This document shows, in pieces, positions 12,759-25,756 of a stretch of DNA of 64,000 nucleotides. A program made the position numbers and the translations under genes. Within the stretch, counting starts at the first letter, position 1, and every line of letters begins with the position of its first letter. A model generated the notes under the pieces. The model did no database searches. It worked only from the letters and a program-made list of their open reading frames with translations, and was not told where the DNA came from. The stretch is from Bigelowiella natans CCMP2755 (lineage: Eukaryota > Protista > Cercozoa), in contig ADNK01000140.1 in the NCBI GenBank assembly GCA_000320545.1, forward strand, positions 248,001 to 312,000, given 5' to 3'.

Positions 12759-14556
12759 ATGCCTACGACCCCCCTCCCCATCCCCTTCCTACTTCTTCTG
12801 CTCGCCACGTGGCCGTGTTTGTCCCACTCTGCAACACCAAAAGTATATTCTGGAAATAAATGGAAGTTATCCAAGATATCCGGCCTGGTAAAACGTACTT
12901 AAGGAGAGAGCGGGTGTTCCTTGAGGTTACATAGAAGAGGGGTACTATCTTCCTTGTGGCTAACATAGTTTATTGGTTGTTCCTTTGCCTACATACAGCG
13001 GTCGCCGACTTTCCGTCATTTACAAAGGTTAAATATATGAGGAGCCCGCGCGCATGTGTATGCCGCAGTAATCAATAGAGAAGATGCTAAATGCATCCAT
13101 ATACTCGTATTATTCATCATCCCATCCAAATATAGGCATAAAACAGCTCAATCAAATGAGAGATTGCAAAGCAAAGTTCAAGCTAAAATGATCACACAAA
13201 GCTCATACGAAGAATGGGTGGAAGAGGAGAAGGCTCGAGGTGACAACAGCTCTATTTTTCCTCCGCACTTCCAACGTGACGATATTTTTACTGAGTATCC
13301 TCGGCACATTCAGGTTTGGAGCAGTACAATAAGCTCAAGAAAAAGCTTATTGTAGACACAGGTTAGTATATCATCACGTTTTATAGTTATGCATGTAGCA
13401 CTGTCCATCAATTATGTTAAAAGTTGAAATGAAATATAATTAGTGCTCAAATGCTAACACCAACAAATAGAACAACTATGACTGTAGCAGCAAAGATAAC
13501 CGTAATCGTACCGCATCATTATGACGATAGCTTCAACTCATAAGGTATCTTCGGAGTACTGATACCGGTCTACTTTTTCTTCAACGGTGTTGCGCTGATC
13601 GATGTCTTAACTGCATTTGGAGGATCTGCGGCTAGGTCATCTTGATATTGTTGTGGCTGATCATGCTGCTACTCCCAGTCTAGTGTAATACTTATTTGAC
13701 AAATTATGTAACCATCAATGTGTCTTCAATTACTACAGTTTGCTCTATATGCTGGCATTATTTAGAGATGTGGATAAAGTCAAAGGTAATTAAACCTATT
13801 TATATTTGAAATGGGAAATGGAAGGTAAATAATAAAGCAAAAGTGGTACCCCCTTGGTGTTGAGAACTTTTGAAAATAATCCACCATGATATGATAAGGG
13901 ACGGATCCGACACCGATGCTCGAAATTAAGGACGCCACAGGCCCACTGAGGTAATAGAAGTAGTTATTGTGAGGGTTTGTAATTTTGTCTTGATTTTGTT
14001 CCAAGTTATCTGATGTTACAACCTCATTCGCACTGATATTTGTCTTTATCAGCTGGCCCGTGCGTATATTGGCTGGCTATGCGTATGCATTTAGACCACG
14101 GCTTGCTATTCCAATCTTGTAGTATTTGTGAACACGCACACACGAGCGTAGATTGTTCCAAACACTGATAATGTATGCAATCTCCATGCACACCTACATA
14201 AAGTAATCAATGCCCTCTAACGATCCCTCAACTCCATCACCACAGGCTAGCAGTAACTTTGGTTATCCTTGATTCTAGGTTTGTACTCCTCTTCATATCG
14301 TAAAATCCTAAACGATAACTTATTCCCTTCTTTCTATCGAATAGGGGTATCACAATCCCATTGAGCGCGCGTGGGACTGCAGCAGCTTCGTTCCTGGCGA
14401 ACCATGTATACAATCTAGTATTTTCCTCCCTTCTTGCGTGTCTTGATATCAGTAATCCAAAAGGTGGCATTGTATGGAGTAGTAGCAGATTCGCTGCTTA
14501 AAGATGGCTCGATAACCGTAAAATCTCAGCCTTTTCAAGCTACGGATCGACTGTGA
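12759..14556 (+). CDS. CGL160/Atp1-like plastid ATP synthase assembly membrane protein
   Basis: Signal peptide MPTTPLPIPFLLLLLATWPCLSHSA. Spliced core GLEQYNKLKKKLIVDTGIFGVLIPVYFFF...GGSAASLLYMLALFRDVDKV...AFRPRLAIPILLAVTL...SFLANHVALYG resembles the four-helix Atp1-like domain of CGL160. Confidence 0.6.
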
Positions 14557-15787
14557 TGATTGTGCCATCTGAATGCGTTCAGTACAACCTTTGCGACTAC
14601 AAGGCTTTAAGATGTAATATTATAGGGTAAGATAAACGCGTTGTATCGTCATGCAACACGGATTGTGCAAGCTTTACCTATGAGGAGGTTGTCTCTAGGA
14701 CATTGGTCGAGTATAGAAAGGTCATTTCGTGGTGAAACGAGTCGGCGAATGAAATAATTTAGTTTATGCACATCCATCGATCATATTATCTAGATCATAT
14801 CTACATGGTAGCTCTATCCCAACTGCGTGCACATCGTTGCGCTTGCTTGCGCCGGCTAATCATCTTTCCTGAGCGCAACCGAGAAGTGGGTTGGATGATC
14901 GCAAGCGTGATGTTTCATGGCATAATATAATAATAATGTGTTATGTTACGTAGTTAGCAAAATGTGCGATGTACAGACGTATTGTAGCTTCAGCCTTGTG
15001 CCTCTACTAGTCTAGCCTAGTAGCCTCTGTGTGTTTGGCGCGCATGTGCATCGCAAAGTCTTTGGTAAGTGGGAAGTCAAGCACTATAGCACGCAGCGAC
15101 GCATGCAGCTGCATGTACACAACGCTTCACAATAGTGTTCCTTGCACATTATTGTATTATTGGAGCAAGCCTTATATATAGCCTTTGCTAGTGTGGGCTG
15201 GCCGAATTGTACTGCTAGGATGCGTGGCGCTGTGCATGCAGTGCCCATATGAGGGCCGTTATTATTTAGCCTCATGCGTAACAGCAAGCTGTGGCTTTAT
15301 TGTTGTGTTATGCGTGAAAAAAATGCTGTTTGTACGTTACATCTCAGCGAGCAGCTCATCAGCGAGCTACAGTCTATTGATGAAAATGCTGATCTTATCA
15401 CATGGCATCGTAGCGCTGCTGGACGCGCTGGACCGGAGTATTCCACAATTAAGAACAAACGCTACAAAAATCTAGCGTTTCTGGGCATCGGATGAAGTCT
15501 GCGCTATAGTGCAAGCATGCATGGTTTCCGATGTTCTGAGCAGGTGCCACCTTCTCAAAAGCAAGAGTGCTGTTGCTGCTGTTGCTGCTACGCTGTTGCC
15601 GTTGTTTCAACTTGGGCCAGTTTTAAAACATGATGTTATTTTCGCATGCAACCAACTACATGTGAACTTGCGCACTTTTTCTGATTTAGAAAATGTGTTG
15701 TCCTTTACAGTTGAAACGTTGTAGTGGTTTCAAGAAGCTAATTTGTGCAGATATTGCTGCAAATTTAAGCTCTGTCAGTCTAAGAAC

Positions 15788-17841
15788 TCAATATCGTCCT
15801 TTGTTTTGTTGGAAAAATCCCATCACTTTGTCTCTAGATTCTCCTTTCACGTTGAAAGTGTCCAACAAACCTCCCCACACTTCGTCCCACTAATAAATGT
15901 TTTCGCATTAAAGAACAGATTCGTGAACAAATACGTAAGACGATCGTAATATTTCATTGATCACATGTGTTTAAAGTTTGATTCAAACCTTCTGCTGCTT
16001 CGTCACATCGAACACTGCTGCCACAACTTCATCCGTACTTGGCTAAAAATACATCGCAATAAATTATTTTCTTCTGAAAAATTAAATGTGAACATGTACA
16101 CATGCTCAGAATACCTCTGCGTCTTGTGTTAGTAGCAAAGAATAATCGCCGCCAGTGGGGCTGAGAAAAAATAATCACAATTGTTTGTTGTTGTCCTCGA
16201 CATCATCATTAGTAGCAGCACGACCTCCATATAATATTCCAAGCTTGCCAAATGCCTAAAATGATACACCAAGTAGATTGAGCGTATACTTAGCTGGCAG
16301 AGAGTGACTAGATTATTGCATACCATCGCCCATATTAGTCACCATCACAGTTCCTGTTTCTTTGTCCAGACCCTTCAAATAGAAAGACATATGTCGATGA
16401 CTCGTCTCCTCCCTACAAGCTCTCATCCTCCCCCTCCTCCACCACCATCCCCCTCCCCCCCATACTACAAAAAAAACAACTTCCACCGCCAACTACCTGC
16501 TCCATGAAAAAGGCTGTCTCGGTGCTGGCCCGCTCGAATAGCTTGCTATCGCTGCTACGCCATGGAACGCTAAAAATAATGGAAGGTAAACACGCCTCAG
16601 AAGGTTTGACTAAGAAGGGGTGATCAGGTATTATTACGATGGATTTGCCACAACGATTGGGATTTTCATGCCGTTTCCTTGTACTATCTTTGCAGCCAAC
16701 TTTGCTGGCCTACAACATCAAATTTAGCTAGGTGAACATGCCTGAAATGGAGAAATCGCACCTTGAAGTGAATTCGTCCAGAGTTGCGAATATGAGTGCT
16801 GATTGCCGCGAATATTTTTGTAAAAGATTAAACTTATGGCTATCAAAGCATTTTGGATACATATTTACCTCCAATATTTTCATCCTTGCACCATAAATCG
16901 GAACTCAAATCAACGACTGCATGCGAAACATTAAATGAGACGAATCGGGTTTGATACTGTTCTGATTGGGACAAATCTACTTTCTAGCTCTGGAACTTCC
17001 CTGACAGCACCTCGGAGGAAATCAGCAATTTCCTAAAAGCAACAGCCAATGTTTAATAAACATAGAAGTTCAATCTGACCACGATGCCATCTTCCTTCAA
17101 ACATCTCGGCTGAGCAGGAGGAGGAGAGATGGACGACCACGGGCCAAGAGCGAGGGATTAAGCTCAATTTTTTATGATAAGTACCGGTTTCGTGACGACG
17201 AGACGTGCGTTCTTGATGTTCGCTTTCTCAACAAAATTTGCAGAGATTTCATGAATGACCTGGAAAACAAGCTAGATTTACGTGCCATACTTACCAAAAT
17301 ATTAATGGGAATCTTAATGGCGATAGCATACTTTGAGTTCCTCTTTTGGAGAATCCAACATCGGTCCTCGTTTCAATACGACCTTGCGAGAGGAGAAGGA
17401 ATGATTGCATCGAATAGATTGACATGCTGCATTTTTTCGTATCTACATATCCACTTGAGAGATTCGGATTTGATAAAACATTACTCGAAGAACATTGTCC
17501 GTATCTTTCATTTTGGCGAGATTGTCGGTGGAGATCTGGATAGCATCCTTCAAGCCCTTCGGTAGTTTCTGTGAAGGATCCACAGATGCGAATGATCGTA
17601 TCCCTAAATGTAGAATTGTTATATGATTGCATGGCGGGCATATCTTCACGACACCAGAACCTGAGGAGCCTCGTAATGAGGTAGGCGAGTGCCTCCTATG
17701 AAATGTCGTCTGCCTCGGCTGCCCCACGACGTTACGACATCGAGACATAAACGACGAAGGCACAGATCTTCGAGCTGAAGAACTCACAGCCCATGAGAAG
17801 ATTAGGAAGATGGCAAGAGAGGACGACGAGGACGACTGCAT
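15788..17841 (-). CDS. Hypothetical protein with bipartite leader, multi-exon
   Basis: MQSSSSSSLAIFLIFSWAVSSSA followed by an R/S-rich segment. Exons VVLKRGPMLDSPKEELK, VIHEISANFVEK, EIADFLRGAVREVPELE, LSIRSIYLVYHFRHLASLEYYME, and WDEVWGGLLDTF...NKGRY*. The middle exon phasing is not fully resolved. Confidence 0.55.
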
Positions 17842-18006
17842 ACTTCTGCCTGGACGCGGACTAGAGCTGGCCAGTTTCCCGCGACGACCGCTCGCGACAA
17901 CAAATCGAGCACCGACAAATAGACCAAGGGTAAATCCGTTACATTTTCGTCCTACGTCAAAGTACTTACGCCGTAAACATCAACTGTGTCTCAAACGAAG
18001 AAAATC

Positions 18007-18837
18007 ATGCAATTCATGTCGGCCGACCACAAGAAATACGACCCGTACTCTTAGCCAGTCGTCAATGCCCGTGATTATGTGCAGGGATTGTAAAGACTCT
18101 GGGGAACGTATCAACATTAAGCCAAACCAAGATCTTCTGGCATTTTCAGCCATATTTCAGCTTGAAAACTTCCTTTACATGTGTACTGGTCCTTATATTT
18201 ATGATTACGACATACTCCAAAAGCTGCTTTTGTGTTTAAACAGATATCAACATTCTTGAGTATTGTGGCAGAGTGGAATTTTGCTCGCATAAGAGCTGCT
18301 TAACTAAAAGAGCGGACTGGGGGTTTGGGGCCGAGAGATAATTTCGCCCAAAAATATCCAAATTGTATTCAGATTTACTTCAGAAACACCCTTGTTCAAT
18401 CGCCGTAGAAAGACTTTTCTTTTTGATCTAATGTAACTTGCCTTCTCAAATGAATACAGGTCATTCAATATTATTAGAGTAAGCCTCAAGCAGGATCGGA
18501 TCTCAAAGAAGCTATGTGGCCGTGGGAGGATTTGGAATATAAACGTAAAAATGCAGGGGTTTGGAGTATTTTTTTGGCAATGAAGTTGCCGCAGAAAGTA
18601 TGAATGGCCTGTGTTCTGGAGTGATGTAAAGTGGATTTGCGCTTGGGGGTTTTGCTCGATTCAACCAGCGATTTTGCATGACAGAGATAAGAATGCAAAA
18701 GATGTGCTTAAAGACATCGATCAAATTATGACGTATGTCACAAATCCTATCCTTTTAAGAAATAGATCCGTATTTACTCCCATTTCCAATCTGAAATTTT
18801 TCTGCGTGACTGCAGACTCCAAACCTCGTCTACGTAG
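18007..18837 (+). CDS. Possible small hypothetical spliced gene
   Basis: Several GT/AG-bounded segments (e.g. GSDLKEAMWPWEDLEYK and KNAKDVLKDIDQIMT) lie head-to-head with the 17841 gene. The reading frame could not be fully assembled. Confidence 0.3.
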
Positions 18838-19145
18838 AGACCCCCACCTCCCTCTCCTATCCTTCTCACAGCCTATCTCTGTTTGTGATTGAATGAACAA
18901 AGAACATACTGCATGTGCACTATGAGCTTCATGTATTCGAAATTTGAGTTGAATAGGCTACTACCATGTATGTGTTGGATACGCCAATGCAAATACGCGC
19001 AATGTTCACTCGCTCTATATTTACCTCATCACGTACTAAGATTCTGAATGCTGATCAAACAAAACAATGAAAGATATACAAAACATCGAATTATTGACAG
19101 AACTTTAAGGTTGAGCTGACCTCTCATGTCTTCCAAATAGGCACC

Positions 19146-20230
19146 ATGAATAAGGAACTCGTCGGAAAGATCTCGCTTGGATCCACTGTTGGCCTTAGCG
19201 CCGTCCTCTGCGGAATGCTTGTCTTTGGCAACAACGGACACGTTGGAGCACCTGTCTCCCGTGGAGTTTCCCGTCCTGCTATGACTCGCATTGCTCGCAA
19301 CACATTGGTCAATGCAGCAAGGAAGGTGATTCGAACAACCTTCCCGAAATTCTTTTTCTAGGAAATAATCATGTTTCATAACATTTAATGAACGCGCTAC
19401 AATAGGCACCTCCTCCACCAAAGAATAACGAGGATCCTCTTTGGCTTCCTAACACCGAACGCCCTGGCTGGCTTGATGGATCCCTCCCTGGAGACCGTGG
19501 ATTCGATCCTCTTGGACTATCAAAGCCTGCTGAATACTTGCAGTTCGACGTTGATCAGCTTGATCAAAACGCTGCTGTGAACAGGGCAGGAAGGGTCATT
19601 GGTCAGTACGACGGAGGAATCGATGAAGTAAACACCGAAAACTCCCTTTCTCCTTATTCTGACATTTTCGGTCTTCGCCGATTCCGTGAGTGCGAACTCA
19701 TCCACGGACGTTGGGCTATGCTTGCCACTCTCGGTGCTATCGTTGCTGAGCTTTCCACTGGAGTTCCATGGTAATAGAAAGGAAAAAATATTGATGGATA
19801 TGTAAAGTTGGATAACATAAATTTATACTGTAACGGGATGGGAATCATTAGAATAGTTTACGTATGGGTGCTAATTAATTTTCATTTTTAATTTTACAGG
19901 GACCAAGCTGGAAAGGTTGAGCTTGATGGAGCTCGCTACCTGAACTTTGACCTTCCTTTTACCGTCTCCCAGCTTACCCTTTTGGAGGTTCTCCTCGTCG
20001 GTGGTGCTGAGATCTACCGTAACACCGAGACTGACCTCGACAAGAGACTGTACCCTGGCGGAACATTCGATCCCCTTGGATTTACTACCAAATCCGATGA
20101 ACAGACTATGCGCCTCCGCGAAGCTGAGATCAAGCACGGCCGATTGGCTATGGTAGCAGCATTCGGATGCGGTGTTCAGGCATTCACCACTGGTGAGGGT
20201 CTTATTGAGAACCTTTCCTTCCTTAACTAG
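19146..20230 (+). CDS. LHCB4: Chlorophyll a/b-binding protein CP29 with bipartite leader, 3 exons
   Basis: [44 protein letters not shown] (CP29-specific long N-terminus), [27 protein letters not shown] and [15 protein letters not shown]. Introns at ~19326-19405 and ~19771-19899. Confidence 0.95.
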
Positions 20231-21227
20231 AAGGAGTCCAGTTGGATTAGTTCTAAAATTACGTCTATCGTAGTTTAGTAAGTTGGTTGATACCCTACGC
20301 TAGACATTCCCCGTTGAAATAATGTTGGCAATGTAATCTCAAAACATAGAAGTGAGCATATTCCCTTGGGTGCTGGACGAATGTATGTATTTATTCAGAT
20401 ACTTGAGGTCATAAACCAAGTGATTTTCATTTATAACCCCGGCTGCCGTTTGCAAGCTGCATCGCACGTTCAAATGCGGTTGGTCATGCAACATCAGAGC
20501 ACGTCTAGATGTGCAGACAACTACAAAATATGCGATGTAAGCAATTCACATCCACTACATGTATCGTCATCTTTTTGGTCATGTGAATGGAGGAAAAACA
20601 TGCAAGCATATGCTGCGCGCACGCGCCTCGCTTTTCAATGGATGCAATAGACATACGCATGTGTCATACATGTCATGTGCACTGTAGACATGCGCATGCA
20701 TTGTACACATTGTGTGCATCTTATGTGTACTGTGTCCATAGTGGATTCATTGTCTGGGCATGTGACATGTGCAGTCATTGCGTCATTGCTAGCTAGATTG
20801 CATGAGGGCTTGCTAGCTTGCATGCACATGCACGCAAACTGATGCGATTGCACAGCTAGCTGTTGGCTAACAGACGACAGAAGGACAATGATCGCATCGC
20901 CACATCGCATGCCAGCACACATGCGAACGTTCGTAGCTCTAGAGCTAGCGATCAATTCGAAGTCGGCACAATTGCACATCATCATTGGCTTCGCTAGCTT
21001 CGTGCCATCAGCATTCCAGCACAATTGCGCAATGTCACAGTCACCTTTGTCTTTGTTTTCCAGTCATCCTCCTCGCAGTGCTGCAGACTTGTCTTCATTT
21101 TGGATTTGCTGTGAAGCACGAGGTGGTTTCTAGGAAAGTGCAAGCGAGCAAGCAAACACAAGGAAGCATCGCACTGCTTGCGTGTGTGTGCAATGCAAGG
21201 CAGGAAGAAAAGAAAGAATCAAGAAGC

Positions 21228-21755
21228 GAACAATGAAAAATGAACAACAATGAAAAATGAAACAATGAACAATGAACAATGAACAATGAACAAAGCGTTG
21301 ATCAAATCTACATGCGCCAGAACCACTTGGGAGACAGGCGTTTGCATGCAGCAGAGCCTCAACAACACTCGTTGCAAGGACTTGTCAGCACCCTGTTGGT
21401 GATCAATGGCTCTAATTGCAACTGGATCGTGGAAACACGTTGCAATTGCTACAACTGGGCCTGCAAATTGTGTAGCCGTCAATTGGTCCGTTGGAGTGGA
21501 GTCAATCAGCAAGAACAGCTGCCTCGAACTTGATTCTCAAAGGTGCTGTTTCATGTGCCCCAAAGCGCACATTGTTGCAATGCATCGATTTTTTCATGTC
21601 AGATGTTGCTTCTCCTTCCGACTTTGCAAACGGTGAAGGTCAGTTTTTCCACCGGGATGCCATGGGCAAGAGGAGATGTGCAACAATGAAACAATGATGA
21701 ACAATGAACAATGAACAATGATGATGAACTACTGCATTTCCAAAATGTTGCAAGT
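21228..21755. repeat. (AACAATG)n arrays flanking a ~390 bp unique segment; right end shared with 1612-1665
   Basis: Arrays at ~21228-21292 and ~21682-21720, followed by gatgatgaact...ccaaaatgttgcaa. The same junction (aacaatgaaacaatgatgatgaactgcgattccaaaacgttgcaa) is at ~1612-1665. Confidence 0.6.
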
Positions 21756-21940
21756 TCTGAATCATTTTGAAGTTGTCATCATTAAGTACAATAATTCCGT
21801 GACATTTTCATCCTGCGACAAGTAAAATATAACGCCCTTTTCTTGCAACATCTCTATCTATCCGACGGAACGGAACGCTCAACAAGAACCATGCCGCATG
21901 CCCCCTAGACAGCAATAGAACTTCAGACCCATCTTAGCCG

Positions 21941-23188
21941 ATGCAGTTGCATCCTATTGTCGCTCGTACACGATGCGTTCTTGTGCATCAACATCGTAAG
22001 AACTGCCGACATTCCATCAACTCGAGGCTGTTGCCAGTTGTGTTTGCAATGACGATCGTCAATTCAGCCCCCCCTAGGAGAATGCTTAGGTAGCTAAACA
22101 AAGAAGAAGGGGAATGCATACCTTTACCAGAACTCGAACATCGGAAAATCTTACGTGAACATATCTTCCATTTTGTGCTCCTATCCGTTGGTTTCAGCAT
22201 TAGAGAATGTATCAAAGTAAGGAGCGGGCATCATACCAACGGAGATGAGGGTTACATGAACACCTTAGGGATTCTAGGCAGATGCTGATAACAACTCAAC
22301 TATCGTCATTTACACATAAACTAGCACAAATTCCGTGGGATAAGGATACGCCCTTACTCGTCGTTGTATCGAGGTACGGGGAGGACGTCGACTGGATTAA
22401 CGGGGTGCTCGGTCATTTCTCTCTTCTGTAATCGTGCGTTCATCACCGTCCTGCGCTATATGTCCCGCCTTCACTCCCATACTCTCTCATTCCTAAACAA
22501 GGTTAAGCATCCTTGCATCGTCTACGAGAAGGAAACGGAATCTGCTCGGTTTAATACTCCAAAGAACAAAGCTAAAGAAGCCTCCAGCTACCTGCAATTC
22601 CTGAGTGATCATTACCATAAGTAGTTTCCAATACAAACTACCTCTTTCAATGAATGCAAATGGTCATATCTCAACGACTGAAGTACCATTGCCCTTAATG
22701 TTATCAGCTTACCGCAGCATGTCGCTTTCACCCATGGAAGTAACACAAGCTGGTATTTATTTGTCTCCTTATTTGTCATGTACAACCAATGGCTCTCCTA
22801 TACAGTATAAAGCTAACAACGTGAATATACACATACACATTTTATATGTAAATTGTTTAAAGTGGGCGTGTGTCGAGTCTACTTGATATACACGACAAAC
22901 ATTCTGCTCAGTGGTAGGTCTCCTCATCTCCGACTGCTACATATATAGGCATCATAGAGGCTATTTACGCAACAAGCTCAACATGGCGTCATTGCCGATG
23001 ACAGAATCATATCGCAGCTTGAACCGCAATCGGTTGAATAGGTAGAGCGGATAAAACCCAACATCACAACCAAAATGACAATGTGGTGGAACAATCTTGG
23101 AATGGTTATGACCGAGGTTTTTGTTGTGGTACCATTTATTCCGTTAAAGTTGTCTATCACGCAATAAGTGTCCTCTATAATAGAGTGA

Positions 23189-23237
<49 letters not shown>

Positions 23238-23990
23238 GAAGCAGTTCATTATCAATCACACCTTCTTCTTCCCCCTAACCTTCAGCATCGTGAAACATCC
23301 ACAGCATTTCATGCCACATCTACCAATGTACTGGTCTGAGGTCGGAAGTAAAAGAGCATAACGAGCTTGTTCTCTACTGCTGTGTGAATTTTGTCCCCAT
23401 CGTTGTTGCTGTAGTCTACCCTATCACTAACTTGATTGGGTGATGATAGGTGCTGGAGAAGTACTTTGGTCCTCTGGAGACACACGGTGACTTCACCATA
23501 GGCTACCGCGGCTCTGCCCAGGTAATGTAAAACAACAACACGTCGAGTGAAACGTCCTAGACGATATGCTTATTATAATCATAAGAAACAATCATGCGAA
23601 CGCTGTCGATCCTCCCCCTCCTTTACGCCATTATCAGTTTCTCGTTCCACGTTCCGTGATTCAGTCAAGGCCTCGTCGTCTTTACGAGGAGCTGTACAAT
23701 TGGACGATGACGACCCCTATGGAAGACTTCTGGTAACTTTCCATCATCGCATCCCCCGCCAGGCACTCCATTGTACAATTAGAGGGTGTCAAAGAGGGAG
23801 AAAAACATTTTAATAGTTTTGTTTCTTGGCTTCTAGTACCGTGATATACCAATCCCCAAGGATTTCTAACCTTTTTTTGTACTCTGTGCATCACGTTCGG
23901 TTCTGTAGGTCCTCACGGATGTTGGAATACACTTGGCACGTTCTTTTTGACATTGACAAATTTCCTCTTCTTCCAACCGCTCCAAAATAG
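21941..23990 (+). CDS. DUF3431 family protein, multi-exon
   Basis: VVSRYGEDVDWING, NKAKEASSYLQFLSDHY.LPQHVAFTHG, SAQFLVPRSVIQSRPRRLYEELY and SSRMLEYTWHVLF. Stop at 23988-23990; start uncertain. Confidence 0.8.
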
Positions 23991-24142
23991 AAGTGCGGCG
24001 ACGTCTGCGTTTGGTGCATGTAGCTAGTGTTTCGGCTATGTACATGAAACATGATGAACATTCCACAGAAAGAGACAAGATACATGCATGTCAACGTGTG
24101 AACAGTCACCCACAGATATATGCATGGCGCAGTGCGTAGCAT

Positions 24143-24230
24143 ATATGAGACAGATGTTATGAATGAGTTAAATGTGTTCAACTTTCATCCTAATGTAGCT
24201 GCAAAGCTAGAAAGCCACAGCGCTTAAATG
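24143..24230 (+). repeat. Copy of dispersed repeat family
   Basis: gagacagatgttatgaatgagttaaatgtgttcaactttcatcctaatgtagctg...cagcgctta aligns with 9428-9540 and with the reverse complement of 38930-39020. Confidence 0.5.
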
Positions 24231-24639
24231 GCATATGGATTTTTACATAGTCAAGCAATATAATTGTAATTGCACACGAACAACAGCACAATGAAACACT
24301 AGATGTAGTGGCCGGGGGTTACATGAAGCAAATAATGCTTCTTATTTTTTACTTGAGCTATTATTCATCCTCGCTCATGCATGTGCAGAGCATTGCGCTA
24401 CTACATTAGGCCATGCTAGCATGCGTGCCACTGCAAGAAAGCAGCTTCCACCAACAAGCCACAATTTATTTTACTTTTGTTACTCAGGAGGATAACTATT
24501 CTTCGTACTTTCTATGTATGCATGCTACTACCAAAGCGGGTGAAAAAAATCATTTAGATCTTAATGCATAGCTCTAACTACAGACGGATAATCGATGACT
24601 GACGATGCAAGGTAAACATGCATGAGAGGCCTATTGTTA

Positions 24640-25463
24640 CTACTTATTTTGGGAGGAAGATACAAATTCATGTATCAGTGGATTGACCAGCTGGGGAGCC
24701 TCGTCCATCGGACAATGCCCGACGCCAGGAAGCGTTATAAACTTTTCGATGTTCTTTAGACCCCCAAACGTGCGACGGCCCATCTGTTGAATATATCATG
24801 TTATGAGCTGTATTTTGCCATAACAACGAGTGTAACCAAAATGCTAAAATAGGGAAGACTAGAAATCATGCCCATAGGAACGTGCTAAAAGAATATATCC
24901 CTGAATAGATCTAGCTGGATCATACTGAATACAACCAGCTGCAACTCGAAGAAGCAAAATTTCAATGTTACTATGATTATCGCTCAGCCATACGACCTCA
25001 AGAGGCTCCCAGGGGTCTTCCTCTCCCCAAACGATTTGAACTGGGCATTTGAGCTGTGGTATGAGCTCCTCTGGAAGCGGCCCTCCCGAATACGAAATAA
25101 AGTCAAGAAAGACGTCAACTGCTCCTGGCAGCAGGCCCTACATGTTTTTATTCGTTTTGATAAGTTATCAAGTGGAGAAGGAGGAGTAGGAGGAAGGGGA
25201 GACGTAATGCCGTGGTTGGATGAATGCGTAATTATCGTAGCAAGGCAGATAGAAGAAAGAGTATGAGGCCCCTCACCATGCTTATTGTTCAACAACAATA
25301 GGAGCTATTATGCACTACCGGATTGAGGATAAAGTTTACAAGCTCGTCTGTAACTTGGGCTTTATCATGGTAGGCCTGCTCCAATACGCTGCGTACACCC
25401 TTAGGAGTTGCAACTTGACCGAAAAACCATCGTCCCTTTCAGGATTGCCATTCGTAAGAGATG

Positions 25464-25504
<41 letters not shown>

Positions 25505-25723
25505 CATATAATATGTTAATATGTATATGTTTTTATACGGACAGAAGACGCGATAAGTATGGCAGTATCCTTCCATAAAAGTCACGATCGCGTACACAGT
25601 TTACTTTTCTCTGTTGTCGTGGGGGATGTATTATTATACACACCACCAGCACGATCACCACCACCAAGCCTATCTACTGCTACTTCCATCACTACTGATA
25701 CTTACAGCGACTAAATACTACTA

Positions 25724-25756
<33 letters not shown>

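Noticed and set aside
21219-21697. ORFs inside the AACAATG-flanked segment as transposase or recombinase remnants
   Set aside because: No recognisable catalytic motifs.
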